From the NCBI GenBank assembly GCA_022508735.1, contig JAFLUQ010000002.1:2045-34044 (forward strand): 32,000 nt of DNA, given 5' to 3'. Within the stretch, counting starts at the first letter, position 1, and each line of letters starts with the position of its first letter. Source of the stretch: Oscillospiraceae bacterium. Lineage in GTDB: Bacteria; Bacillota; Clostridia; UMGS1883. Under the pieces are notes generated by a model. It was not told the DNA's origin, did not search any database, and saw nothing but the letters and a program-made list of their open reading frames with translations. This document shows, in pieces, positions 21,688 to 30,270 of the stretch. Both the position numbers and the translations under genes were made by a program.

Positions 21688-22933
21688 GAGCCGTCGCTTA
21701 CACCTCCCCGATATTGTGGGCAAGGGCTACGGCACATTTTGGAATTTTAAGGGGCGTTACCGTGCTGTCAAAGGCAGCCGTGCCTCCAAGAAATCCAAAA
21801 CAATGGCCCTGAACTCCATTGTGCGGACAATGGAGCACCCACAGGCAAATATGCTTTGCGTGCGTAAAACCTTCCGCACACTCAAAGACAGCTGCTTTAC
21901 AGAGCTTAAATGGGCGATACATCGCCTTGGCGTCGAGGAATGGTGGGAGACCAAGGAAAGCCCGCTTGAAATGACCTATAAGCCCACAGGGCAAAAAATC
22001 CTTTTCAGGGGCCTTGACGATCCGCTGAAAGTCACGTCTATAACCGTTGAGGTTGGCGTGCTGTGCTGGCTTTGGATCGAGGAGGCCTACGAAATAAGCT
22101 CCGAGGCCGACTTTGATACCCTTGACGAGAGTATCAGAGGCGAAATGCCGCCGGGGCTTTTTAAGCAGATAACGCTGACCTTTAACCCGTGGAACGAGCA
22201 TCACTGGATAAAGCACCGCTTTTTTGATGCCGCGCCGGATCCCGACATACTGGCGCTCACCACAAATTACATGTGTAACGAGTGGCTGGACGGAGCAGAT
22301 AAAAAGGTTTTTGAAACGATGAAAATGAACAACCCGCGCCGCTATCGTGTGGCGGGGTTGGGCGAATGGGGCATTGTTGACGGACTTGTGTATGAAAACT
22401 TTGAGGAGCGGCTATTCAGTGTTGACGAGGTACGGAAAACTCCAGGCATAAAGTCTGCTTTTGGGCTCGATTTTGGATATACCAACGATCCAACAGCTTT
22501 TTGGTGCGGCTTAATTGATACGGCCAATAAAACTCTTTGGGTATTTGACGAAATATATAAGCGTGGAATGAGCAACGAGGATATAGCCAGAGAGGTTATA
22601 AACGCCGGCTATAGCAAGGAGCGCATCCGTGCCGATAGTGCGGAGCCCAAAAGCATTGATCGTTTATACGCACTCGGCTTGTCGCATATACGCAAGGCCC
22701 GGAAGGGCAAGGATAGCGTAAACAACGGCATTGACTACATACAAGACTATAAAATATTTGTCCATCCCAAGTGTGTAAATTTCCTCACTGAAATTAGCAA
22801 CTACACATGGGATACAGATCCCAAGACTGGCAAAAAAATCAACCGTCCCATAGATGATTTCAATCACCTTATGGACGCCATGCGCTATGCGCTGGAGGAT
22901 TTTGTTACTGGCCCACAGTTCAGTTTTGAGTAA
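21668..22933 (+). CDS. terL: Terminase large subunit (PBSX/Terminase_3-type)
   Basis: ATPase region GSRASKKSKT (Walker A-like), then LWIEEA (Walker B-like), then the nuclease domain. The start is uncertain (GTG 21668 or TTG 21677). Confidence 0.9.
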   Translation: MRILRTESRRLHLPDIVGKGYGTFWNFKGRYRAVKGSRASKKSKTMALNSIVRTMEHPQANMLCVRKTFRTLKDSCFTELKWAIHRLGVEEWWETKESPLEMTYKPTGQKILFRGLDDPLKVTSITVEVGVLCWLWIEEAYEISSEADFDTLDESIRGEMPPGLFKQITLTFNPWNEHHWIKHRFFDAAPDPDILALTTNYMCNEWLDGADKKVFETMKMNNPRRYRVAGLGEWGIVDGLVYENFEERLFSVDEVRKTPGIKSAFGLDFGYTNDPTAFWCGLIDTANKTLWVFDEIYKRGMSNEDIAREVINAGYSKERIRADSAEPKSIDRLYALGLSHIRKARKGKDSVNNGIDYIQDYKIFVHPKCVNFLTEISNYTWDTDPKTGKKINRPIDDFNHLMDAMRYALEDFVTGPQFSFE

Positions 22934-22947
22934 CAGGGGTGAAATAA

Positions 22948-24408
22948 ATGTCTTTTGAAAGCGATCTGCTTAAGCTCCGGCTAAAAATTAACGCTCCAAT
23001 GGATGAGAAAAAATTCTTTGCGCTGGAGATCAGGGAGTGGGAAAACAGCAAGGCAAGAATGGAAATGCTCGACGGGGAGCGGTACTACAGCGGCGATCAC
23101 GATATATTAAAGCGTATCCGCACAGCTATAGGCAATGACGGCAAGCCCGAGGAGGTCAAGCATCTTCCGAATACCCGCCTTGTGGATAACCTTTACGCCA
23201 AGCACGTGGATCAGAAGAAAAACTATCTTCTGGGAAAGCCCGTTACCTTCGAGAGCAAAAATAAGGAATATGCGGCCAAGGTCAGCAAGATCTTAGGCCG
23301 TAAATTTATGCGCACGCTTAAGAACGCCGGGCTTGCCGCACTTAACACCGGTATAGCCTGGCTTTATCCCTACTATGACGATAACGAGCTTAAGTGGCGG
23401 CTTTTTTCCGGCAGTGAGATACTGCCCTTCTGGCGGGACGAAGCTCACACGGAGATTGACTGCGCCGTGAGGCTTTACGACGTGGAGGAATATGTCGGAA
23501 CAGAAAAGAAGGTCGTCCGCAAGGCGGAGATATTCACGTCCGACGGCATATATACATACACATACGAAAACGGCACCCTTATTCCCGATGAGGGCAGTTC
23601 GTATCATCCTTACATTGAAACCGTCAATACGGAGGGAAGCGCAGAGGGCTATAACTGGGAGAAAATCCCGCTTATCCCCATAAAATACAACGCCAAGGAA
23701 ATACCCCTCATACGTCGGGCGCGGTCGCTTCAGGATGCTATAAACCTCCTGCGCAGCGATTTTGCGAATAATATGCAGGAGAATAAGTACAATACCATCC
23801 TCGTTGTCAAAAATTATGACGGTACTGACCCGGGCGAGTTCCGCCATAATCTGCTGACCTATGGCATGGTAAAGATCAGGACAACAGACGGCGTAGATGG
23901 TGGGGTTGATACTTTGGCAATCGAGGTCAACGCCGAAAACTACAAGACGGTGCTGGATATGCTGAAAACGGCGCTTATAGAGAATATGCGCTCTTTCGAC
24001 GGCAAGGACGAAAGACTCAACGGCTCGCCGAACCAGATGAATATTCAGTCAATGTATTCCGATATTGATCTGGACGCTAACGACACCGAGACAGAGCTTC
24101 AGGCCGCATTTGAGGAGATACTGTGGTTCGTAAATCAGTATTTAGCAAACAGCGGGCAGGGGGATTATGACGGCGAAGAGATAAACGTGATTTTTAACCG
24201 CGACGTGCTGATCAACGAGGGAGAAGCAATCGACAACTGCCAGAAGAGTGCGGGTCTCATCTCAGACGAAACTATTGTTTCCCAGCATCCGTGGGTAAAC
24301 GACCCGGCCGGTGAGCTTGAACGGCTGAAAAAGCAGAAGGAAGAGGAGCAGCAGTATAATCCGTTCCCATCTCAGTCGGTGAAGGACGGCGAGGACAATG
24401 AAGAGTAG
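22948..24408 (+). CDS. Portal protein (SPP1 gp6-like)
   Basis: 486 aa positioned after TerL, with an acidic C-terminus and SPP1-family-like sequence (RYYSGDHDIL...). Confidence 0.88.
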   Translation: MSFESDLLKLRLKINAPMDEKKFFALEIREWENSKARMEMLDGERYYSGDHDILKRIRTAIGNDGKPEEVKHLPNTRLVDNLYAKHVDQKKNYLLGKPVTFESKNKEYAAKVSKILGRKFMRTLKNAGLAALNTGIAWLYPYYDDNELKWRLFSGSEILPFWRDEAHTEIDCAVRLYDVEEYVGTEKKVVRKAEIFTSDGIYTYTYENGTLIPDEGSSYHPYIETVNTEGSAEGYNWEKIPLIPIKYNAKEIPLIRRARSLQDAINLLRSDFANNMQENKYNTILVVKNYDGTDPGEFRHNLLTYGMVKIRTTDGVDGGVDTLAIEVNAENYKTVLDMLKTALIENMRSFDGKDERLNGSPNQMNIQSMYSDIDLDANDTETELQAAFEEILWFVNQYLANSGQGDYDGEEINVIFNRDVLINEGEAIDNCQKSAGLISDETIVSQHPWVNDPAGELERLKKQKEEEQQYNPFPSQSVKDGEDNEE

Positions 24409-25981
24409 CGAATACTGGGTGCGGCGTTTTGCCCTTCTTGAGGAAGCGCAGAACCGGCTGGCCCGGACAGCGGCAGAGGAGCTTGACGGCCTTTACCGTC
24501 AGGCGGAAAGAGAGCTTGAGGAGAAAATCGCTGTATGGTATCAGCGGTTTGCGAAGAATAACGATATCACTATGGCTGAGGCCCGAAAGCGGCTCTTAGG
24601 GCGTGAATTGACAGAATTCAAGTGGGATGTTAAAGAGTACATAAAGCACGGCGAGGAGAACGCTCTGAGTGGCGAGTGGATGAAGGAACTCGAGAACGCT
24701 TCGGCTCGGTTCCACGTTTCGCGGTTGGAAGCACTGAAGCTTCGAACACGCCAAAGTGTGGAAGCTCTGTTCGGCAGGCAGGAAAGTGCCATAAGCTCCG
24801 CCATGGCCGAAATATACCGCAGCGACTATTACCATACCGCCTATGAATTGCAGCGAGGTCTCAACCTCGGCTTTGACGTTGCAAAACCAGATGAGCCGTA
24901 TATCGCAAAGGTACTTTCTAAGCCATGGGCGGCCGATGGGTCAAACTTCTCCGAGCGGATATGGAAAAGCAGGGATAAGCTCGTCTCTGAGCTTCACAGC
25001 GAGCTGACGAGAAATATAATGCTTGGTGCCGATCCGCAGAAGGCCATAGATGCCATTTCCAAGAAGCTGAATACCTCGCGGTATAACGCAGGGCGGCTGG
25101 TCATGACCGAAGAGGCATATTTCAGTTCCGTCGCTCAAAAGGACTGCTTCAGCGAGCTGGGTGTGGAGAAATATGAGATTGTTGCCACGCTTGATAGTCA
25201 CACATCGGATATCTGTCGGGGACTTGACGGCAAGGTCTACGATATGAAGGACTACGAGGCTGGAGTTACGGCCCCGCCCTTTCACGTGTTCTGCCGATCC
25301 ACCACGGTACCGCATTTCGATGACGATTTCGGTCAGGTAGGCGAGAGAGCCGCCCGGGATGCCGACGGAAAAACCTACTATGTGCCGGACAATATGACCT
25401 TTGGCCAGTGGATGGAGAAGCAGGACGAGCTTTACGGCAAAGGAAGTGTTGACAAGACCCGGAAAATGAGATATAATGAGAGTGCGAACCTGAAACAGTT
25501 TGACCGATATAGGGAGCTGCTTGGCGGTGATGCCCCGGGAACTCTAAAGGCCTTTCAGGAGCTCAAGTATGGCGATGAGGCGTATTACAGCTATATGAAG
25601 CTGGACTATCAGCGACAAAACAAGCTAATCAATCATCCCGAGTTTGCGCTTCCCAACGCGGACAAGGCGACTGCTGATGACAGAAAATTTACGGAATATT
25701 TATTCAACCCTGACAACCCTCGAGGCATGGCAAAGGGGCACGCTTTTACAGATCGTCTTGGGTATAGCAAAGATAATTACGAAGAACTCAGAAATGAGTT
25801 GTTGAAAAGAGCTGAGAAATATCCGACTGTATTAAAGGGCAACAATGGTTACGGTGATCGTTATGAGCAGAAGATAGTTCTGTACGGAAAAAAAGGTACT
25901 CCGGCGAATGTGGTAGTTGCTTGGCTTGTCGACGAAGACGGTACAAAAATGACGTCGGTATATATAAAAGAGGTGGATTGA
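24398..25981 (+). CDS. MuF/SPP1 gp7-family minor head protein with a ~200-aa C-terminal extension (DUF6883-like end)
   Basis: MuF core ...ATLDSHTSDICRGLDGKVYDM...APPFHVFCRSTTVP. Then a linker and the terminal domain KFTEYLFNPDNPRGMAKGHAFTDRLGYS...VVVAWLVDEDGTKMTSVYIKE. Confidence 0.85.
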   Translation: MKSSEYWVRRFALLEEAQNRLARTAAEELDGLYRQAERELEEKIAVWYQRFAKNNDITMAEARKRLLGRELTEFKWDVKEYIKHGEENALSGEWMKELENASARFHVSRLEALKLRTRQSVEALFGRQESAISSAMAEIYRSDYYHTAYELQRGLNLGFDVAKPDEPYIAKVLSKPWAADGSNFSERIWKSRDKLVSELHSELTRNIMLGADPQKAIDAISKKLNTSRYNAGRLVMTEEAYFSSVAQKDCFSELGVEKYEIVATLDSHTSDICRGLDGKVYDMKDYEAGVTAPPFHVFCRSTTVPHFDDDFGQVGERAARDADGKTYYVPDNMTFGQWMEKQDELYGKGSVDKTRKMRYNESANLKQFDRYRELLGGDAPGTLKAFQELKYGDEAYYSYMKLDYQRQNKLINHPEFALPNADKATADDRKFTEYLFNPDNPRGMAKGHAFTDRLGYSKDNYEELRNELLKRAEKYPTVLKGNNGYGDRYEQKIVLYGKKGTPANVVVAWLVDEDGTKMTSVYIKEVD

Positions 25982-25982
25982 T

Positions 25983-26150
25983 ATGACCATAAAGCAATAT
26001 GACGCGGTGCTGCTCAAAGATGGACGGAGTGGCTGTGTTGTTGAAGCCTTTGACAACAAGCAGTTTATAGTTGATGTGGGAAGTTCACCTGAAGATTGGG
26101 AGACCATTGATGCATCTATAGACGATATCGAAAAGGTTCTTGAGAAATAA
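25983..26150 (+). CDS. Small DUF4926-like (SH3-like) protein, 55 aa; not in the ORF track
   Basis: GAGGTGG lies 6 nt before the ATG, which is 2 nt after the MuF stop. Translation: MTIKQYDAVLLKDGRSGCVVEAFDNKQFIVDVGSSPEDWETIDASIDDIEKVLEK. Confidence 0.6.
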   Translation: MTIKQYDAVLLKDGRSGCVVEAFDNKQFIVDVGSSPEDWETIDASIDDIEKVLEK

Positions 26151-26166
26151 CTAAATATTGACTAAG

Positions 26167-26188
26167 CACCCCGACCGGGTGTTTTTTT
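26167..26188 (+). terminator. Intrinsic terminator
   Basis: CACCC, loop cgacc, GGGTG, followed by TTTTTTT. Confidence 0.65.
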
Positions 26189-26211
26189 CATGCCTGAAAA
26201 GAGGTGAGATT

Positions 26212-26361
26212 ATGTTTATTGCGATTTGTGTTTTGCTGAATATTCTATCTGCTAACGGAATAGCAATTCCGGCGGTAGCATTTTGGTGGTCCGGATTGGG
26301 CGCACTTGTCGAAACGATAGTAAAGATTGGGGATTTTTTGGACAAACATAGCTCTAAGTAG
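26212..26361 (+). CDS. Small hydrophobic peptide (49 aa), moron-like insertion in the head module
   Basis: GAGGTGA SD. Translation: MFIAICVLLNILSANGIAIPAVAFWWSGLGALVETIVKIGDFLDKHSSK. Terminator-like hairpins lie on both sides. Confidence 0.5.
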   Translation: MFIAICVLLNILSANGIAIPAVAFWWSGLGALVETIVKIGDFLDKHSSK

Positions 26362-26369
26362 CTTGCAAA

Positions 26370-26410
26370 GGGGTTGTATCAGGTGATTCAGGACAACCCC
26401 GAGATATTTT
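26370..26410 (+). terminator. Hairpin/terminator after the micro-ORF
   Basis: GGGGTTGT (26370-26377), 15-nt loop, ACAACCCC (26393-26400), then GAGATATTTT. Confidence 0.45.
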
Positions 26411-26447
26411 GAAAATCGCAAACGTTTGGGATTTTGCCATATTGGCT

Positions 26448-26472
26448 TAAGCGCTTTTGGCGCTTTTTTTAT
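26448..26472 (+). terminator. Intrinsic terminator
   Basis: AAGCGC, loop ttttg, GCGCTT, followed by a T-run (TTTTTTATTT). Confidence 0.6.
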
Positions 26473-26587
26473 TTCAAAAATTACCCCGTGGGCGCGGGGA
26501 ATACAAATTCGCCCTTTGCCGAAACAGGAACAGACCTGAATAAAAAAGGCGGCAAAGGCGGCCACAATGGCCGGGAAGGAGAAACTC

Positions 26588-27196
26588 ATGTTGGAATGGC
26601 TCAAGGGGATTCTGGGCGACGGTTACACCGACGAGGTTGACAAGAAGATCTCAGCCGAAATCGGAAAGAATTTCGTTTCAAAGACGGATTTCAATACCGT
26701 AAATTCGGCCAAGAAGCAGCTTGAGGACGCGCTCAAGGAGCGTGACGGTCAGCTGGAGGAATTAAAAAAGTCCTCCGGCGACAACGAAGCCCTCAGAAAA
26801 CAGATCGAGCAGCTTCAAGCGAACAATACTGAGCAGACCAAGCGGCACAAGGCTGAAATTGAAAGGCTTAGAATTGATGCGGCTGTGGAGGCGGCGCTTA
26901 TGAGCGCGGGAGCAAAGAACACCAAGGCGGCCAAGGCCTTGCTCAATCTCGAGGGAGCAAAGCTCGGTGCTGACGGCAGCGTGGAAGGGCTGCAGGCCCA
27001 GCTCAAGACTCTACGCGAAGGCGAAGACACGAGCTTCATGTTCGCGGCAGCGGACGAAAAAAGACACAATTTCAAAGGCTTTAATCCCGCTGAAGGCAAG
27101 GATAAGAATCCCAAGGCCGGGACCGAAACCTCCAATATGACTTACAGCGAAATATGTGAGTTTTTGGAGCAGAACCCCAATGCAAAACTTGAATAA
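26588..27196 (+). CDS. Scaffolding protein (phage GP20/DUF4355-like)
   Basis: MLEWLKGILGDGYTDEVDKKISAEIGKNFVSKTDFN..., a coiled-coil-rich protein just upstream of the capsid gene. GGAAGGAG SD. Confidence 0.82.
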   Translation: MLEWLKGILGDGYTDEVDKKISAEIGKNFVSKTDFNTVNSAKKQLEDALKERDGQLEELKKSSGDNEALRKQIEQLQANNTEQTKRHKAEIERLRIDAAVEAALMSAGAKNTKAAKALLNLEGAKLGADGSVEGLQAQLKTLREGEDTSFMFAAADEKRHNFKGFNPAEGKDKNPKAGTETSNMTYSEICEFLEQNPNAKLE

Positions 27197-27216
27197 TAAC
27201 AGAAAGGATGATTTTA

Positions 27217-28323
27217 ATGCCTAACGCAAAATTCGATTCCAAAAGCTTCAATCCTGAGGCTTTTAAGTACGCCGTAGAGCGCGTACCCAACCTTAAGATG
27301 AACGAGATCAAGAAGTCGGCAGCGCTGGCTGGTAATCCGGATATACGCGCGGCGTTTTCGAGCCAGGGCGGAACTGCGTATGCGAGAATCGCAATGCGCG
27401 GCCTCATTGACGGTGATGCTGTAAACTATGACGGTGAGACCGACATCACAGCAACCTCCACCAAGACATTTGAGCAGGGGGTCGTGGTCGTAGGCCGCGC
27501 CAAAGCTTGGGTCGAAAAGGATTTTTCTTATGACATCACCGGCGGCGTGGACTTCATGGATAACGTGAGTCGTCAGGTGGCTGAATACAAGGACGGCCTT
27601 GATCAGGACACCATTCTCGCCATTCTCCAGGGCATTTTTGCAATGACTGGCACAAAAAATCTGGAGTTTGTCAACAAACATACAACCGATGTCAGTGCCG
27701 AGCCGGACGGAGTGATTGGACCCACTACACTCAACACCGCTATGAATGCGGCCTGTGGAGCCAAAAAGGGCCAGTTCTCCCTCGTGTTCATGCATTCTGA
27801 TGTGGCAACGAACCTCGAAAACCTTCGCCTTATCGAGCATCTGAAGTATACCGATAAGGACGGTATAACTCGCGACCTTGCTCTCGGCACATGGAACGGC
27901 CGCACAGTTGTCATTGATGATGATATGCCCGTCGAGAATGTTGATGCCGCAGAAGAGAGCGGTACTCCTGGAGAGCCCGGTTATGTTCCCGCCCATGGCG
28001 CATATACGAAGTATACAACATATGCGCTCGGCCGTGGCTCCATTTCCTACGAGGATATCGGTGCGAAAGTACCCTACTCTATGGCGAGAGACGAAAAGAC
28101 AAACGGCGGTGAGGATACGCTGTATATGCGTCAGCGTAAGGTGTTCGCTCCCTATGGTATCTCCTATGAGAAGAAGAGTCAGGCGACCCTTTCGCCCACC
28201 GACGCTGAGCTGAAAAACGGTGCAAACTGGACGCTGGTACATTCCGGTGAAAGTACGGAAAACAAGCGTAGCTTTATCGAGCATAAGGCCATCCCGATTG
28301 CAAGAATTATATCCAGAGGCTAA
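27217..28323 (+). CDS. Major capsid protein
   Basis: 368 aa positioned after the scaffold. The N-terminus MPNAKFDSKSFNPEAFKYAV... is typical of this capsid family in Firmicute phages. Confidence 0.85.
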   Translation: MPNAKFDSKSFNPEAFKYAVERVPNLKMNEIKKSAALAGNPDIRAAFSSQGGTAYARIAMRGLIDGDAVNYDGETDITATSTKTFEQGVVVVGRAKAWVEKDFSYDITGGVDFMDNVSRQVAEYKDGLDQDTILAILQGIFAMTGTKNLEFVNKHTTDVSAEPDGVIGPTTLNTAMNAACGAKKGQFSLVFMHSDVATNLENLRLIEHLKYTDKDGITRDLALGTWNGRTVVIDDDMPVENVDAAEESGTPGEPGYVPAHGAYTKYTTYALGRGSISYEDIGAKVPYSMARDEKTNGGEDTLYMRQRKVFAPYGISYEKKSQATLSPTDAELKNGANWTLVHSGESTENKRSFIEHKAIPIARIISRG

Positions 28324-28328
28324 TCAGT

Positions 28329-28736
28329 GTGAAGGGGAAAGTATTTAATACAAAAGCGGTAAAAGACCGGCTGACGGCTCTCGGATATACGCTCAAAGAT
28401 GCGGATGATGCTATTGTCAGTTTTTCTACCGAAAAGGTGAGAAATCTGATCATGAGCGACTGCAATGTGCCGGATGTGCCCGAGGGGCTGTTCTACATTG
28501 CTGTGGACATGGCAGCAGGCGAGTTCCTGCGCGCGAAGAAAACCTTTGCCCCTGACGATCTCGAAGGCTTCGACCTGGGACTTGCCGTCAGTCAGATCCA
28601 GGAAGGTGACACTAACATCTCATTCGGAGGCAGTGACGCTGCTCAGAGCGACGAGCAGCGCCTCAACGCCCTTATAGATCACCTCATAAACGACGGCAGA
28701 GGGCAGTTTGCAGCGTTCAGGAGGATACGGTGGTGA
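28329..28736 (+). CDS. Head-tail connector (gp6/gp15-like adaptor)
   Basis: Position and motif ...VSQIQEGDTNISFGG.... GTG start. Confidence 0.7.
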   Translation: MKGKVFNTKAVKDRLTALGYTLKDADDAIVSFSTEKVRNLIMSDCNVPDVPEGLFYIAVDMAAGEFLRAKKTFAPDDLEGFDLGLAVSQIQEGDTNISFGGSDAAQSDEQRLNALIDHLINDGRGQFAAFRRIRW

Positions 28737-29113
28737 AAGCATTAGATAAGGCAAGGCTGAAGGCCCGTGAGGCCATAGAGAGCCTCTATGAAGGGCTTTG
28801 TACCGTTCAAGAGTACATGGAAGTGACCGGCCCTCAATCTAAGCTTACTCGTCACGAGGAGGCGACAGTGCTGGAAGATCAGCCCTGTCGCCTGTCCTTT
28901 GAAGGATCGCCTGAGGCGGCGCAGACCGAGACAACGACGAATATATCTCAAAGCATAAAGCTTTTTATTGCGCCGGAGGTCAGAATAAAGAGCGGCTCAA
29001 AAATCGTAGTGACCCAAAACGGAGTGACCACGGCATATGCCGCGAGCGGAGCTCCGGCGGTCTACGTGACGCATCAGGAGATCATGCTGGAGCTTTTTCG
29101 GGGGTGGGCATAA
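28730..29113 (+). CDS. Head closure/head-tail joining protein (SPP1 gp16-like)
   Basis: Size, position and pattern ...QPCRLSF...SIKLFIAPEV.I..GSKIVV... Confidence 0.65.
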   Translation: MVKALDKARLKAREAIESLYEGLCTVQEYMEVTGPQSKLTRHEEATVLEDQPCRLSFEGSPEAAQTETTTNISQSIKLFIAPEVRIKSGSKIVVTQNGVTTAYAASGAPAVYVTHQEIMLELFRGWA

Positions 29114-29637
29114 TGTCAAAACTGGGCGGCTTCTCAATGTCCGGCTATGAGCAGTTTCAAAAACAGCTTAATAAAATCGGACAGAATGACATCGACGCAT
29201 TTGTCGAAAGCTGCGCCAAGGAGCTGGCCGCACGTCTGCTGCGCGAGGTTATATATCGAACGCCAGTCGGGGAATATTCCGGTGGCGAATATGACTGTAA
29301 AGCAAGAAAAGATCCGTTGGGAAAACACAAAAGCTCGAAAAGCCCGGGGAAAAAAGGCGGCACTCTTCGCCGTGGTTGGACGGCAGGTAAAAACGCAAAT
29401 GCAGCCGCATATGCAAATAGTCTTACTGTAAATCGTTTTGGTGACACCTGCGTAATCGAAATAATAAATCCGGTTGAATATGCCTCGTATGTAGAATATG
29501 GGCATAGGACACCCAACCACGCCGGTTGGGTTATCGGTCATTTCATGATGAAAAAATCGGAAATTGAAGTCGAAAAGATCGCCCCTCAGGTCCTCGAAAG
29601 CAAAATCAAGAAATTTCTGGGGGAGTGTATGAAATGA
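29113..29637 (+). CDS. HK97 gp10-family neck/tail-completion protein
   Basis: The sequence ...FVESCAKELAARLLREVIYRTPV...GTLRRGW...EYASYVEYG is typical of the gp10 family. TAATG overlap with the preceding gene. Confidence 0.72.
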   Translation: MSKLGGFSMSGYEQFQKQLNKIGQNDIDAFVESCAKELAARLLREVIYRTPVGEYSGGEYDCKARKDPLGKHKSSKSPGKKGGTLRRGWTAGKNANAAAYANSLTVNRFGDTCVIEIINPVEYASYVEYGHRTPNHAGWVIGHFMMKKSEIEVEKIAPQVLESKIKKFLGECMK

Positions 29638-30065
29638 TAAATTCTATCATTGAGGGGATAAGTGCGGCGCTTAATAAAGAGTTCGGCGACGAATACAGGA
29701 TATACGCCGAGAAGGTGGAGCAGGGCCTTAAAGAGCCTTGCTTTTTTATAACCGTTCTCAATCCTTCGAGCACTCGCTACCCCGGTGACCGTCACCGTCG
29801 AAATAACAGTTTTTGCGTGCAGCTCATTCCGGCGGGAGACAGCGCTCGAATGGAGTGCAATGCGGCCGCCGAAAGGCTGTATCTCTGCCTTGAGTGGATA
29901 AAGGCCGGCGGCGATCTGCTGCGCGGCACCGGCATGAGCTATGAGATAGCAGACGATGCATTGAGCTTCTTTGTAAGCTATAACCTGTTCGTGCTAAAGG
30001 CTCCCGAGCCTGACGAGGGCGCGCTCATGGAAGAACTCGATCATAATATCAAAATCAAGGAGTGA
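29634..30065 (+). CDS. Tail terminator/tail completion-like protein
   Basis: ATGA coupling to the preceding gene, GGGGGAG SD, and a position before the sheath gene. Confidence 0.6.
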   Translation: MINSIIEGISAALNKEFGDEYRIYAEKVEQGLKEPCFFITVLNPSSTRYPGDRHRRNNSFCVQLIPAGDSARMECNAAAERLYLCLEWIKAGGDLLRGTGMSYEIADDALSFFVSYNLFVLKAPEPDEGALMEELDHNIKIKE

Positions 30066-30070
30066 TAGTT

Positions 30071-30268
30071 ATGGCAAAAAAGCCTGAGCCTCAGCTTGAA
30101 GCAGAGAAAAAGCCTGAGGCTAAATATACTAAAGCCCGGCTCATAGCGTCAAAGCGTTTCGCCGATAGGCGGGACGTTCTGAGCGCCGCACTTGAGCAGG
30201 GCAAGGAATACACCCTCGGCGAGGCCGAGGATATTATCAATAAATTTTTGAAAGGCAAGGTGAAATAA
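30071..30268 (+). CDS. Small Lys/Glu-rich hypothetical structural-module protein
   Basis: AAGGAG lies 8 nt before the ATG at 30071. Confidence 0.55.
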   Translation: MAKKPEPQLEAEKKPEAKYTKARLIASKRFADRRDVLSAALEQGKEYTLGEAEDIINKFLKGKVK

Positions 30269-30270
30269 TT

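Noticed and set aside
27214-28284. 356-aa minus-strand ORF
   Set aside because: A shadow ORF antisense to the major capsid gene, with no start context and no motifs.
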